From contig RHPI01002368.1 in the NCBI GenBank assembly GCA_009103225.1, forward strand, positions 202,772 to 266,771: 64,000 nucleotides of DNA, read 5' to 3'. Shown here in pieces: positions 1 to 12,837 of the stretch; within the stretch, counting starts at the first letter, position 1, and every line of letters starts with the position of its first letter. A model generated the notes under the pieces. The model worked only from the letters and a program-made list of their open reading frames with translations, did not search any database and was not told the origin of the DNA. Source of the DNA: Chlorokybus atmophyticus. Lineage: Eukaryota > Plantae > Mesostigma and Chlorokybus algae. The position numbers were made by a program, and so were the translations under genes.

Positions 1-1785
1 CCGCGGTGAGACAGCGATATCGACCGCTACAGATCGTGGACATCTGCGTCCCGGCAGTATCGCAGATGCAGTTTCATCCATTCACTGTGAGTGATGTGAA
101 GAGTGGGAGTGAAGGAAGCACACTCACACTCTTCATCAAGCACTATGGGAAGTGGACTTCACGCCTGCACGCGCTCGCAGCAGATGCCAAAGGGAGAGAT
201 ATATGCGTGCGTGTCACCGGGCTATACGGCCTCGATGACATCAGCTCCTACTCCAAGTAAGAACTCTGTATATCTACTCTCTGCATGTGTGTGTGTGTGT
301 GGCTCAACGTCTGTCTTTGCATGTGTCAGTCACTGCCTGTTGTAGTCTATGTGTGCGTATGTGTGTACGCGCGTGTGTCTGCGTGCGTGCTTACACGCAT
401 GCGTGCGTGGGTGTGTGCATCTGCGTGCTCGTGTGCATGCATGTGTGTATGTGTCACTCAGTGTCTCACACCACTGTTGTACACGACTTAGTCACTTCTC
501 ACACAGGTCCCCCCACGTCCTCTTAGTTGGTGGTGGCATCGGCATCACCCCACTCTACTCCTTGTTGCGTGGCTTCGCTCGCTGTTCATCCTCCTCCACA
601 CTCCAGTCCATCTCACTCGTGTGGGCCGTGAGACACAAGTCCGAGACCTCCCGCATGTTGGACGGCATCCAACACGCCGTAGCGAGACTCAAGGCGAAGG
701 GCGTGAGGGCGAAAGCGCACGTGTTTGTGACGAGAGAGAGCGGGGAGGAGGAGGGGAGAGGAACACAGCCTGTGGATCTGGCCATTGATGTTGTGGGTGG
801 GAGTGAGAGCAAAGTGAGGACATCAGGACAGCTAAGGACGCCGTATAGCGAGAGAGCGCAGAGAGTCAACCTGTCGCCGGCATTCTACGCAAGTGAGTAC
901 TGCAGTAGTGTGTGTGTGTGTGCGCGTGTGCGTTCGTGTGTTGTGTGTAGCTTGCATGGGTGCAAGCATCGCTGAATGTGTGTATGTGTCTGTAGTTTAC
1001 TGCACTCTGTGCATGTGCATGTGCATGCGTGCATGATGTGAGGTGGCACACACACTCTCTCTGCATCCACGCCCATATTTCTCCTCTCTCTCTAACCCCA
1101 CATACCCGCCCACGCACGCAGCTGCCTTGATGGGTTCCTACATCGGTTTCCTGGGCCTCCTCGCCCTCTTCGTCCGTCTCATCATCTACCCTTTCGAGAA
1201 CACTTCAGAAGAAGAGGAGAGGCGGTTCTACCCGTGGGTCCAGGGAACCATCTATGCATTCGCCATGTTTGCGGGGCCCGTGCTTGTCGGGGGGGCGGTG
1301 TTGCTCTATGCGCACGGGAAAGAGAGGAGTGTAGAGGGTGGGAAGGGTGGAATCCAACTTGACGAGGAGGAAGAGGAGTTGTGCGAGGGTGTGGTGGTGG
1401 GTGGGGGCAAGGAGGCGTATGTGGAGTTCTCGTATGGAGGGAGGCCCAACGTGAATGGTAAGCATACGTGTGCATGTGTATATGTGTGTATGTATGTATG
1501 TGTGCATGCACGTGCACACGCACACGTACAGTTCTGACTCCCATGTGTTCCTGTCCCCACACAGAGATCCTCAAGGATGTTGTTGCAGCGGACCTCGACT
1601 CCCCCTCCTCCTCTCTCCGCAGCAACATTAGCATCAACAACACCACCAACAAGAAGCGCACCCTCACGGTCGTGTCGAGCGGGCCCGACAGACTCGTGCG
1701 CGCGGCGTGCCGGTGCGCGCAGAAGAGAGACAACGTGCCGGAAGATGTGGAGGTGTACTTTAACCATGCGAGCTTTGATATGTGA
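1..1785 (+). CDS. FRO: Ferric reductase oxidase (plant FRO type), 3' part; gene starts before the window
   Basis: FAD-binding motif (QFHPFTV) in exon ~1-257; NAD-binding motif LVGGGIGITP after the acceptor at ~506; two-helix hydrophobic insert (GSYIGFLGLLALFVRLIIYP...WVQG...) typical of land-plant FROs; last exon ~1566-1785 ends VVSSGP...FNHASFDM*. GT-AG introns at about 258-506, 892-1121 and 1458-1565. Confidence 0.85.
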
Positions 1786-1926
1786 AGAGGATGTGGGGAT
1801 GTCCCTCTCTCTCCTGCTATATAGCCAGAAGAAGTGTATCGTTGTATACAGCGCTTATGAGTATGTGTTGCGTACTTTGGGTAGTCACGCTTTTTGTGCG
1901 GTTGCGGTGGTAGTTGGTTGTTGTAG

Positions 1927-4900
1927 TTATTTATGATAAGAGGTTGAGAGGCACAGACTCGTTGCATAGGTGGTTGGTACGTGCGCAGCGCTTTGATGCC
2001 CACTAGGCGGATTATATAGTTGTTTACTTTGCTGGCGCCTAGTCTCTCTCATGGCAGAGTGTGTGTGCGCAACGCACACTCTTTCTCCCTGCGCGCGCGC
2101 GCGTGTGTGTGTGTGTGCGTGCGAGTGCATGCGCCCGTGCGCGTGTGACGTGCAAGTGTGTGCACATGCTACTCTTTCTCCCACACACACACACGCGCAC
2201 GCACACAGGCACGCCTGCACGCCCGCACACACACCCACACACTTGATGTCCAATGCATGTTATGTTCAGCAGGCTGCTTAGTGTATCTACAGAGCCTATG
2301 CAGCTAAGGCGTCAATATCGGCAAGCTGAGTTCGATACTCGGCACATGCACTCTGCTCGCCACGGCCGATATCGCTGCACCTCCCATAGATTTCTGCAGC
2401 TGCGGCACCGACATCTCTCCCAGCAATCGGCTATGGCTTGTATACACATTGGCCCCATACCCCTCTTTGCCTCTCTTGTATGTTGGGTTGTTGTGTGCGT
2501 GTCTCATTGATGATAATGCTGATGTTGGCTCGGGCGACATCATGACGGGAGACAACATAACAACATTGACGGCCTTCTTGTGTTGTTGGGTGATATCGCC
2601 GTCGCGGGTGTTATATTCAGCGTCTTCTTGCGATATCGCCAACACGGGGGATGATGATGTTGGGATGATGTTGTTACTCCTCTTGTTGGTTGTGTATCTG
2701 TTGTTGTTGGTTTTGAGCGCTGCATTGTCTCTGTGTTGCCTTTTCAACGCTGCAAACTTCACGTAGTTGCTCGCCGACCTCGGCGGGAACCTCATATGAG
2801 CCTCCTGTTGAGTGTGGGTATGTGAATTGTGTCACAACAACATGTGTCACACAATGACCCAACATGAGGTAACCTCACCTCGTTGACTTGTGTTGATGTT
2901 GTCGGCATCATGTTGTTCGCCCTGCTCGCATTCTCATACAAGCTGTTGAGAGGCATTCTCTCGCGTGCAAGTGTCAAGTGCCGAACCAACAGCGGCACAT
3001 TCATCGCGCCTGTAAGACACATATGTTGGTCTCCCACTGGGTGTGAAATCCTTCAAGCGCGCACACGCATGCAGATGCACGTACACACGCACACAGGCGC
3101 GTGTGCGTGTTGACTCACATGCATACCTGCGCAAAGGCGTGCTTGCGCACATATGCGCGTACGCGTATGCGCACGCACACGCACATGCCCACGCCCACAC
3201 CCACACCCACACATGCACACACACCTGCATGCAGCCCTTCGAGCCTACCAGGTGCACTCTTTTCCCCCTGCACCCCGACGAAGAAGTCCGCCAGCCTCGG
3301 TCCCGACATCGACGCCGGCATCGACGATATAGCCGAAGAAGGCGACATCACATAAACCGCCCTTCTCCTACCAGAATAAAAGAGAGACCCAATATATAAC
3401 CCAACCTCACACAAGGATAACACATCTACACACACTCACTTGTGTGCTGCGCGCAGTTTGCGTGCCGTCCCGCGTTGGTATGCAAGCATGGGTGATGCGT
3501 ACATATCGGCTCCTGAGGAAGGATATCCGGCCCCGTCGAGGCGGATGCGCTGCTGCCAGGAGGCCGATATCGAGTCGGAGGGGAGGTCTAAGGCGACCAC
3601 GGCGGGAGAAGCCATGAATGCCCTGCGGGAGATATGTGGCTTTGTGACTATGTGTTGGGTTGCATGACAATACAGAGATACACACGTGCTCGCGCACATG
3701 CACACACGTATACGCGCACGGATGCAAACGCACAAATGTGCGCACACGTGTGCATGTGCGCGTACACACACGCGCGGGCGCGCGCACACTCGCGCTTGCA
3801 CTCAACTGTGCACGTGCACGTGCACACGCACACAACATGCTGTACCTCCACACCCACTCGCACAAGATTACATGTAGACTTGCAAGCAGGCACGCTTGTG
3901 CACAATTTGCACACATATGCGCACACCGATACAAGTGTGCACGCGCGCGCACACTTGCCTGCCGGTTGCTGTTGGGGTGCGAGCGGTCGATTCACCTTCT
4001 CCAGCGCTGCGCTGCGTGTCCACTCGCAGCTTGTGTTGTTGTGTTGTTGGGGACGACGCCCTCACCTGTGGGTGTACGCGCGTGTGCACGTGCTCGTGCG
4101 CGTGTGCGTGTGCATGTGCCCGCGCGGGTATGTGCACACGTGTGTTGACAACATCAACAACTGCTGCAAACAACACAACAACATCATGTGATCCCTTACA
4201 TCATTCTGTCGGCTCTGAGGGCGTGAGCGCGACGTTGATATCCCCGTCGGTGTTGAGGCTCTCGACGGCGTATCTCTTATGTTATCTCTAATATCTCTGA
4301 TATCTTCTCCTCCTTCCCCAACATGTTCCCTCTCTCTCACCCTATTCACTTTACCTCCTTTTCCCCTGACGTGGATATCATTGAAGTCCCAGTTGACATT
4401 GACGTCGACATCGCCTCCACTCGTACTTGCGTTGCCTCGCTTTCCTCCAGCATTCCAACCGATATCGCTGTCACGTGAACCCGATATCGGCTCCCCGTTC
4501 GGACCCAGCCCGCCGATGTAAGCAGCAGAGCTGTGCAGTAGGAAGAGACAGTGTGGGTGTTGTGTCGAGATGCAACAGCATGTGTGTATATGGTATGTGT
4601 ATACGCTACAAAGGCGCACGCACACATGCGCGCGTGCATGCACGCACACGCACACACACACTTACGTGCCACTTGTGCCCGCTATCTTCCAACTCTTATA
4701 CGTGCCGTCACGCTCCATATCACCCTCATGACCACCTTCTTCGCTCCAGTCCCTGCTACAACCCACATTAGCCACACTCGCACACACACACACGCGCACA
4801 CGTACACCCGCGCACACACACACAAGCTCTCGCCTTGTAGTTGTGTCGGCAACGGCGTGTGCTCTGTTGTTGGCTTGGTGTGAAGGTGTTGTCGGCCTCT

Positions 4901-7750
4901 CGCGCGCGTGAGCTCTGCTTGCAGGCCGACTGTTTGCATTGCCGTTGTCGTGTGGCTGCGTTGGGTCTTGTTGATGTTGTTGTCGTTGGGTTGTTGGACT
5001 AGGGGCTCCACGTGTCTTGGAAGAAGCCCCACCTCGCTTCACACCACCACTCCCAACATGCTTGTTGCTCTTGCTGTTGTCCTCGTTGTCGCTGTCATTG
5101 TTGGTGCTGCTGCTACCATTGGCGTGGTTGTCGGTGGAGCTGCTGCTGTTTAGGTGGTTGTCCTTGTCCTTGTCCTTCTCCTTGTTGTTACTGTTCTTGT
5201 TGTCCTTGTTGTTGTTGTTGTGCTTGCTGTCCTTTCTCGCCCGTGCATTCTTCCCGTCGATATCACCCCCATCCCCACTCACAGACCCTTCTCTATCAGC
5301 CCTTGAGCGACTTCTATTCACTTCTCTGCTCTTAGGCCTGGACCCCGACATTCCCGCCTTGGCCCCGATATCCACCATTTCCTCGATGTCAATGAGGTTA
5401 TCATCCCCGTCAACGATACACTCCACGTCGCGGATATCTTTACGAAATTGAGTGATATCTTGCACGGGTGGCCACGGCGCCAAAGACACCCCCTGAAGGA
5501 GTCTATCAAGAAAGTGTGCATAGTCGTTCGCATCGATGCCATCCACCCACATATCCGCGAGCTCGTACATCCCGTCGAAGAAAGACATCTCGCTCATGAC
5601 AGATATCGAAGACATATTCTCCCCTCCACCCCCCGTATCGGCGATCCAATCCTCCTCGGCAACGATATCATCCTCGACATAACCCGGCACTAAAGCCTTG
5701 TGAATAAGCTTATTCATGAGGATATAGTCGTCATGATGAAGCGTATTGTTGTTGTTGTTGTTGTTGTTGTTGTCTCCTCTCCTCTTTGGTGCTACAATCC
5801 ACCACCTCTTTATCGCCGACACAACGAGTGGATGTTTCCTCAACGCTCGTCTCTTTCTCAGATTATCCATGGTGTACATGTCCAAGTTGCCTTGTTGTGC
5901 GTACGACGTGGACGCGAGGGCGGCGTTGTCCTCCACCTCCGCCACGACGTGGGCGCGCGCGACGGCCTCGCGCGCGTTGGCGGCGTCGAGGGCGTACTGA
6001 GCCGCGCGGAGGGAAGCGACGTGTTGGAGTGTGGCGGCGGCGGAGACGGAGGAGCCGGCGCGGTGCCAACGCTCGCAGACGAGGGAGATGCCAGCCTTCT
6101 TGGTGGTGGTGGTGTTGTTTGTTGGTTCATCGCTCGGCTTGAGAGAGGTGAGGCGCTGGGGTGGGGGTGGGGGTGGGTTAGTTAGTGTGCGTGTGCATGT
6201 GTTGTGGTGTGTATGATGTAACAACAGCGAGGACGGTGCAAAGATACTGACGGATGCGCGTAGATGTGGATGCATGTGCGCGTAAACACACGCACGCAAT
6301 CACGCACGCATGGCGAGCGCAACTGCACACGCACACAGTGCATATGCGCACATGCTCGCACACACACATACGCATAGGCGGGGATGCGCACATGCACACG
6401 CCTGCATGTATATGCGTGCTTGCTAACACGCAGACAGGGGCACGCACATACACGCAGACGCACATGTGTACGCACACACGCACAACTCTGGACAACATGT
6501 CTGTGTTTGCGCGCAGGCACGCACAGGTGCGTGCACACACGCAGAAGAGACACACATGTGCTGGATGTGTGCGCGCGCGCGCACACACACGTCATTGTTG
6601 TGATGCTGCACACAGTGAATATCTGCAAACGTGTTGAACGCCTGCAAACACGTCTGCAAATATCACAAATCTTCGATTACAGCAACAAAGCAAGCATTGT
6701 TTACCAGAAACTGCAACAAGTCCAGTTCACCACCTCCACCCCAGTAAGAACAAAGATTGTATGACTGGCAATCTGCTGCAAAACTTCCCATGCAGCACTT
6801 GAAAAATTCACATAACGTATGCATTGTAACATCCCTACCTGTACGTGCACTGAATTTAGCAGGCTGGTACAAGTTATTGGCGGTGTAACACCGCCGGTGT
6901 TAGACTGCGCGTGCGTGTGTGTAACTATTACCATCATTATACAATATCATCAGTGTGTTTATCCAATTCACCTTGAATGCGGACGGTCGTAGATTCCCCA
7001 GCCCTTTCCCCACTCTTCCCACTCTCTTCCGCACCCTATGCCCTCTATAACACCTCTGGATCAGCAGCGCCGCCGCCACCACCGCCGACGTCGCCACGTC
7101 CGTCAGGAGAGGCGTGCGGCGTCCTGCCTCGTCGCCACTGCCCTCCATCTCCGCCGCCGCCGCCGCCGCCGCCACCGCCGCCAAGGCGTTACACAGCGAT
7201 GCTGGACTAGCCTCTACAGACCGCCACGTGGCAGCGCGAATGCGACTTGCAATCAAGTCACGTGATCCTTTTAGGTCAGTCAAGCGCCAGGTCCTGCGAC
7301 CATAAGTTTTGGAAAGAGCCTTTCTCAGGGATCAGACCTTCCTGGAATGGGACTGGATGGGACGCAAGGGTTGATTGTAAACGTGGCTGGTCCTGAGCGG
7401 TAGATACTACGGCCAATATCTTTGCTGATATAGCAACTGATATAGCAATATGGTACACACTATGCTAATAAACAATAATTTGCTGTCGCGCACTGTCCAA
7501 TTCACACTACGTGATAGCCTTTGCATAGCCTTTGCATGAGCATGCTCATGTACGACCCCGGCGAAAAGCTAGCGTGCATCGACAATGGCGTCGTCGGTGG
7601 GCACGGCGGCGGCGACGGCGGCGCTGGCTGTGTCGGCGGTGCCGGCGGGGCCGTCCTCATCGTCGTTGTCATCTTCGAGTAGAAGGCACAGGCCGGCCTC
7701 GTCGCCGGCTCGGCTTTCGCGGACGCCTGCGGCGAGGCAGCGTCTACTGT
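1927..7750 (-). CDS. Multi-exon gene for a large protein with an IQ calmodulin-binding motif, a conserved-looking helical domain and long low-complexity regions; function unknown
   Basis: IQ motif AALLIQRCYRGHRVRK in exon ~6972-7330; long exon ~4834-6150 with globular-looking segment LRKHPLVVSAIKRWW...AEEDWIAD...FFDGMYELADMWVDGIDANDYAHFL; further coding-like exons near 4660-4755, 4190-4525, 3440-3640, 3230-3400, 2870-3010, 2300-2800 and 1927-2060, separated by GT/CA-rich introns. Start and some junctions are uncertain. Confidence 0.6.
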
Positions 7751-8242
7751 ACTATAGCAGGTGAGGCATGGCCTGGTCTGGCTGCCTTGACTTGGCCTGG
7801 CTTGGCTTGGCTTGGCTTGGACTGTTCTGGCCTGGTTTGGACTTTAGTCGGGTCTCTCTCGAGCCCCATTCACGGTGGTTGGGCGACTGGCGATTGTCTC
7901 TCATACGTGTGGTCTTAGCAAATAGCAGGCCTGCCAAGGATCACGCAAACCCTATTCTTGCATTGGGAGGCGGAATTGCAGTTCAACCTGTTTGCATGGT
8001 TGTTTTCACACGCTAAATACGTAGATGTTGTGGTACATATGAACAACATTCTGTTTGCTGATCTGGTTGTATTCATGAGCTGCTATTATCACGCATGCTG
8101 CTTGTTGTGCTCGGATCATTGGCTTGGTTTGTGCGCTGGTGTTTAACGTCTTTTCAGGACACTACTACTATCACAATGAGCCTGGGTCATGTTGGTTAGA
8201 TTAATTGTGGCAGCTAGTTAGGTGTTATAGCCTTTCACGAAA

Positions 8243-11200
8243 ATGGCAAGTTGGGTTACACTTGTGAATTGCGCAAAGATTGTGTTCGTGTGTGGTGTCT
8301 CTCGCTCTATCGGCCGTCACTTCCACAGCAAAAGCCGCTAACCTCTTTGTTTGTTCTCAACAACTGCCACAGATCAACAAGGTCTCTTTCATCCACGCAC
8401 ACGTCATCTCCCTCACCTTCAAGACGCGTGTCTCAACGGCGGACATGGAGCACAAGTGATGATAATTGTATTGATGATCATGTTGGGTTGCGGCGCTGCG
8501 CGGGGACGTTGTGGAGCCTCAGAACAAGGCGGGGGCGGGGGTTCGTGGCGGGAGCACAACATGTTGGGTGAGTGGTTGGTTGATGTGCGTGCAGCTGTTG
8601 TTTATATTGTGATGTGAGTTTCTGTTTAAGTTGCCTTGTTGCTTGGGCATACAAACTAAGGACACGTTTTTGCCATGAACACAATGTAAACATTTGTGTC
8701 CTTGCCTTGTTTTGCCTTGCCGTTGTTTGACAAAATACTGTAGCACATCTTGTAGAGTGCCATGAACAGGTTAACTTCGTTTGACATAAATGTGTAGCAC
8801 ATCTTGTATACTGTAACAATCTAACGGGGTCAACCACTAGTTAGCAGTGGTGAAGTGTTGCTGACAGTCTTCATGGACAAAAATTGTTGGAGAGTTTGAC
8901 CATGCTCAACATTCCAATTTAAACGTGTGCAGTTCGCCGCCGCGTTGCAATTGCCATATCTCCTCTTCTTCCTCCTCCTCACCGCAACCGTCACAACAAC
9001 AGCCCGCATCCCCACAACAGCACCCTTCTCGCGCCTCGCACGTGCGACCTCCCGACGCCGTCGCCGCGCACACGACCCTTGCCGACACGACATCTCACCC
9101 TCTTTACTCCCCCTCAGACGACGATATCGACACCCTCCCCCCCATCGATATCAACGCCCTATACCAAACACCTCTGCCGTCGCACCCGAAACTAATCCGC
9201 GGCACGCTCGATAACGGGCTTAAGTACGTGGTGTTGCCCAATCCGGTTCCACCGAGCCGGTTTGAAGCTCATCTTGAAATCGGTGTTGGGTCCGTTGATG
9301 AAGAAGATGATCAACAAGGACTCGCGCATCTGATTGAACACGTGACGTTTTTGGGGTCGAGAAAGAGGGAGAGATTGCTCGGGACGGGCGGGAGATCCAA
9401 CGCGTACACTGATTTTCACCACACGGTGTTCCATGCACACATGGCTCTCACTGTAAGTAGATGTTGCTTTCAGTTGCAGAGCTTTGGTAGTGCTGCGTCT
9501 GTGCGCTCTTGTATTTATGTTGTTGTCTGTTGCCGTGGGATGGTCTTTTGTGTGGGTATTTGTGTGGGTGCAAGGATGTTACCTGAGTGGTTTGGTCTTT
9601 TGTGCCGTGGGTTGGTCTTTTGTGTGGGTATTTGTGTGGGTGCAAATGCGTGTACACGCGGGTGTGCGCACGTGTTCATAAGCATGTGCAAGCGGGAGCG
9701 CGCGAGTACGCGTGTGCATTGTGCGTGTGCTTGCCACTGAGCTTTTCAACTGTTGTGACACTGATGTTATCGATCTTGTTGTGCACAGGATGAGAGCACA
9801 GGTGCAGAGTTGTTGCCCGCCACGCTGGACGCCCTGGCTGAGATTGCCTTCGAGCCGCAGTTTCTGCCTTCTCGCATTGAGAAAGAGCGCCGCGCAGTCC
9901 TGTCTGAACTTCAAGTAAGTGTTGGTTCCGTAAAGGAAGTAAATGTGTAGAACGATCACACATACACTTGTTGGTGTGATGTGTGTGTCAACTATCTGTG
10001 TGTTGGGTGTGTCTAGTTGTATGAATAGGTAGTCGAGTGATGTCGTACACTTCTGTGCACCTTTTATGAATGGAGAACTTTATTGTAGATTTGGGCAAGT
10101 ACAGATTCAGATCGTATATAGTGCGCACGCATGTATGTGCGTACGTGCGCGTGCGCGCATCATACATGTTGAGTTGGCGCGTACGTGTATGCGTATTTGT
10201 CCTGTTGCTTCTTTTGTCAAATGTGCTCGGCAAATGCTGCGTGCGTGTGTTGATGCGTTTGCTTTTTACACAGATGATGAACACGATGGAGTACCGGGTC
10301 GACTGCCAGCTTCTTCACCACCTGCACTCGGAGAACAAGCTCAGCTGCCGCTGCCCCATCGGACTCGAGGAGCAGATCAAGCAGTGGGGAGCCGCAGAGC
10401 TCAAAGAGTTCCACCGCAATTGGTAACATTTGTTGTTGTTGTTGTTGTTTGTGTTGTGGTGTGTAGTTGTGTCGCATTCCTGGTATGTCATGGATAGGTT
10501 GTGGTTGGGTTGTGCGTTGTGTGTGATATGCACACAAGGGTAAGCTTGTATGTTAGATAAGGGTGTGCCTGTTATTAACTACATGCATTGCGGGTGTGTA
10601 AACTGTACAAGCAGTTGAGGGCGCACGCGTACGCGGATACAACCGTGTGCACAAGTGTACTTGAGCGCCTTGATTTGCATGTGCAACGCACCCACCCACA
10701 CTGTCAGTCTAGTATAGACATTCAAGCTTTGATGTCAATGATGTTTGTTTACGTGCGCCTCTGTGTGTGCTTGTACAAAAGCCTACATGTAGAAGAGTTC
10801 CAGCAGATGCATTTGCACACATTTATGTGCTACATACGTTTATGGTGACGTGTTGTTATGTGTGTTAACAGGTACTTCCCCGCAAACGCGACACTCTTCT
10901 TGGTGGGCGATTTCCCTTCCGTCCCGCATGTGATATCACTCATCCACTCGTCTTTCGGTCGGATATCCGCCGACCCGGGCTCTGTCGCCGCCGCCGCCGA
11001 GGCGCTTGAAGCCGATATTGTCGTGGGTCTGATGGAGATATCTTCTCCCAACACGAGCACCGACACAACTATCAACCGTCCCCCGCCCCAACCCACGCCG
11101 ACACGTCCCCCCGTCATGCACACCTACTCAACACAACATCTCCCACCCGTCTCACCCAACATGTTCAAGCACCCCCTCCTACAACAATTCACCCTCTCGC

Positions 11201-12805
11201 TCATGGCAAAAGACCCCGTTGTTAAAGTGGACAACTTGGGCGAGTTGAGGCGTGTACTCATGTCGCGTATAGTGGTGGCAGCCTTTCAGTTCAGAATCAA
11301 TACGAGGTACGAATTGGCCAACCCGCCGTGCATGTGTGTGTGGGGATGTGGCGCACGTGTGCGTGCGTGTTGCCTGTTTATTGTTGTGTTGGTCTATATG
11401 ATTGTATGTGGTTATGTCATATCAAGCCCACATTCACACAGGTATAAAATGGCCAATCCGCCGTTCAGTTCGATCGATCTGGATCGGTCGGATTCGGCGA
11501 GAGAAGGATGCGCGGTTACGGCGTTGACGATTGTGGCGGAACCTAATGAGTGGAAAGGAGCCGTGCAAGTGGCCGTGCATGAGGTGAGTGTAGTCAGTTG
11601 TTGACGTGTTGTGTGTTTGTTTGGTCTTGGCTCCCCCTTTTTATCTTGTTTTTTTGGCTTGACGAATTGGGTAATTGTTGGTCTTCGCTCTTGTTGTGTA
11701 TGTGTACGCGCATGTGTGTGTGTGTGCGGATGTTTCACTCATGCATGAGCGCGCACGTGCGTGCGTGCATGCGTGTATGTATATATGGGATCCTTGTCGT
11801 GTCATAATATGTGGTTGTACGCATCGCCCGGTTATTACCAACCCTTCTCTATCTCTATCGTGTGTCCTACTCCCCCCTCCCCTCAGGCCCGTCGCCTCTT
11901 CGTCCACGGCGTGACCGCCTCCGAGCAGGCACGCTACCTCTCGGCCCTTCTGAAAGACTCCGACCAGCTCGCGGCCATGGTCGGGCAGATCCCGAGTCTC
12001 GACAACCTCGACTTCGTCATGGAGAGCGACGCGCTGGGGCACACCGTCATGGACCAAGTACAGGGACATCAGGTGAGAGAGAGGGAATGTTGGTAGGGAT
12101 GGGGGTGGGGGTGTTGTTGTTGTCGTCGGTGGCGGTGGTGATGGTGGTGGAATGTTGGGTGAGGGAGGTGAGGTGGAGTGCGTGTGCAAACTGCTTGCGT
12201 GTATGTGCCTTGACTAGGTACAGAAAATTAGCGACTTTTGAGTGTGTATGTGCAAGCCTTACATGCAGCGCACACCTGCATGCAGTGTATGCTGCAAGCG
12301 TACAGTGGCACATATGTATATCGTCGTGTGCCTTTTAATTTTGCGCGTGGTCATATGCACGCATTCTTAAGGGCATGCGCGCACGCGCAAGTGCATGTGC
12401 ATGTGATGTGCATGCACGTGTGCTCAATGCGTAATATGCCGTGACTGCAGATATATCTACAGTTACACAAGAGGCATGCGCACGCACACACACTTCCTCG
12501 CAAGTTACGCACGCACTCACTCTTACGCACACACGTCTACACGTGCAGGCCCTGCTTGAGGTCGCGGACACGCTGACGCTGGACGAGGTGAACGCCGTGG
12601 CACGCGAGCTGCTTGCCTTCGTGGCGGACTTCAACGAGCCGCACGCGCCAAAAGCCTCCGCCGTCGTCGCCTGTGTGCCGCAACACCAACAACAACACGC
12701 CAACGCGACGGAGACGCCCGCGACGTTTGATGTATCCGCCCAGGACATACTTGATGCAATTGAGGTGTGTTGGTGTTGGTGTTGGTGTTGTCGTTGTCGT
12801 GGTTG

Positions 12806-12837
<32 letters not shown>

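Noticed and set aside
4908-6216. Plus-strand hydrophobic or Arg-rich ORFs opposite the IQ gene
   Set aside because: Antisense shadows of a low-complexity coding exon, with no independent motifs.
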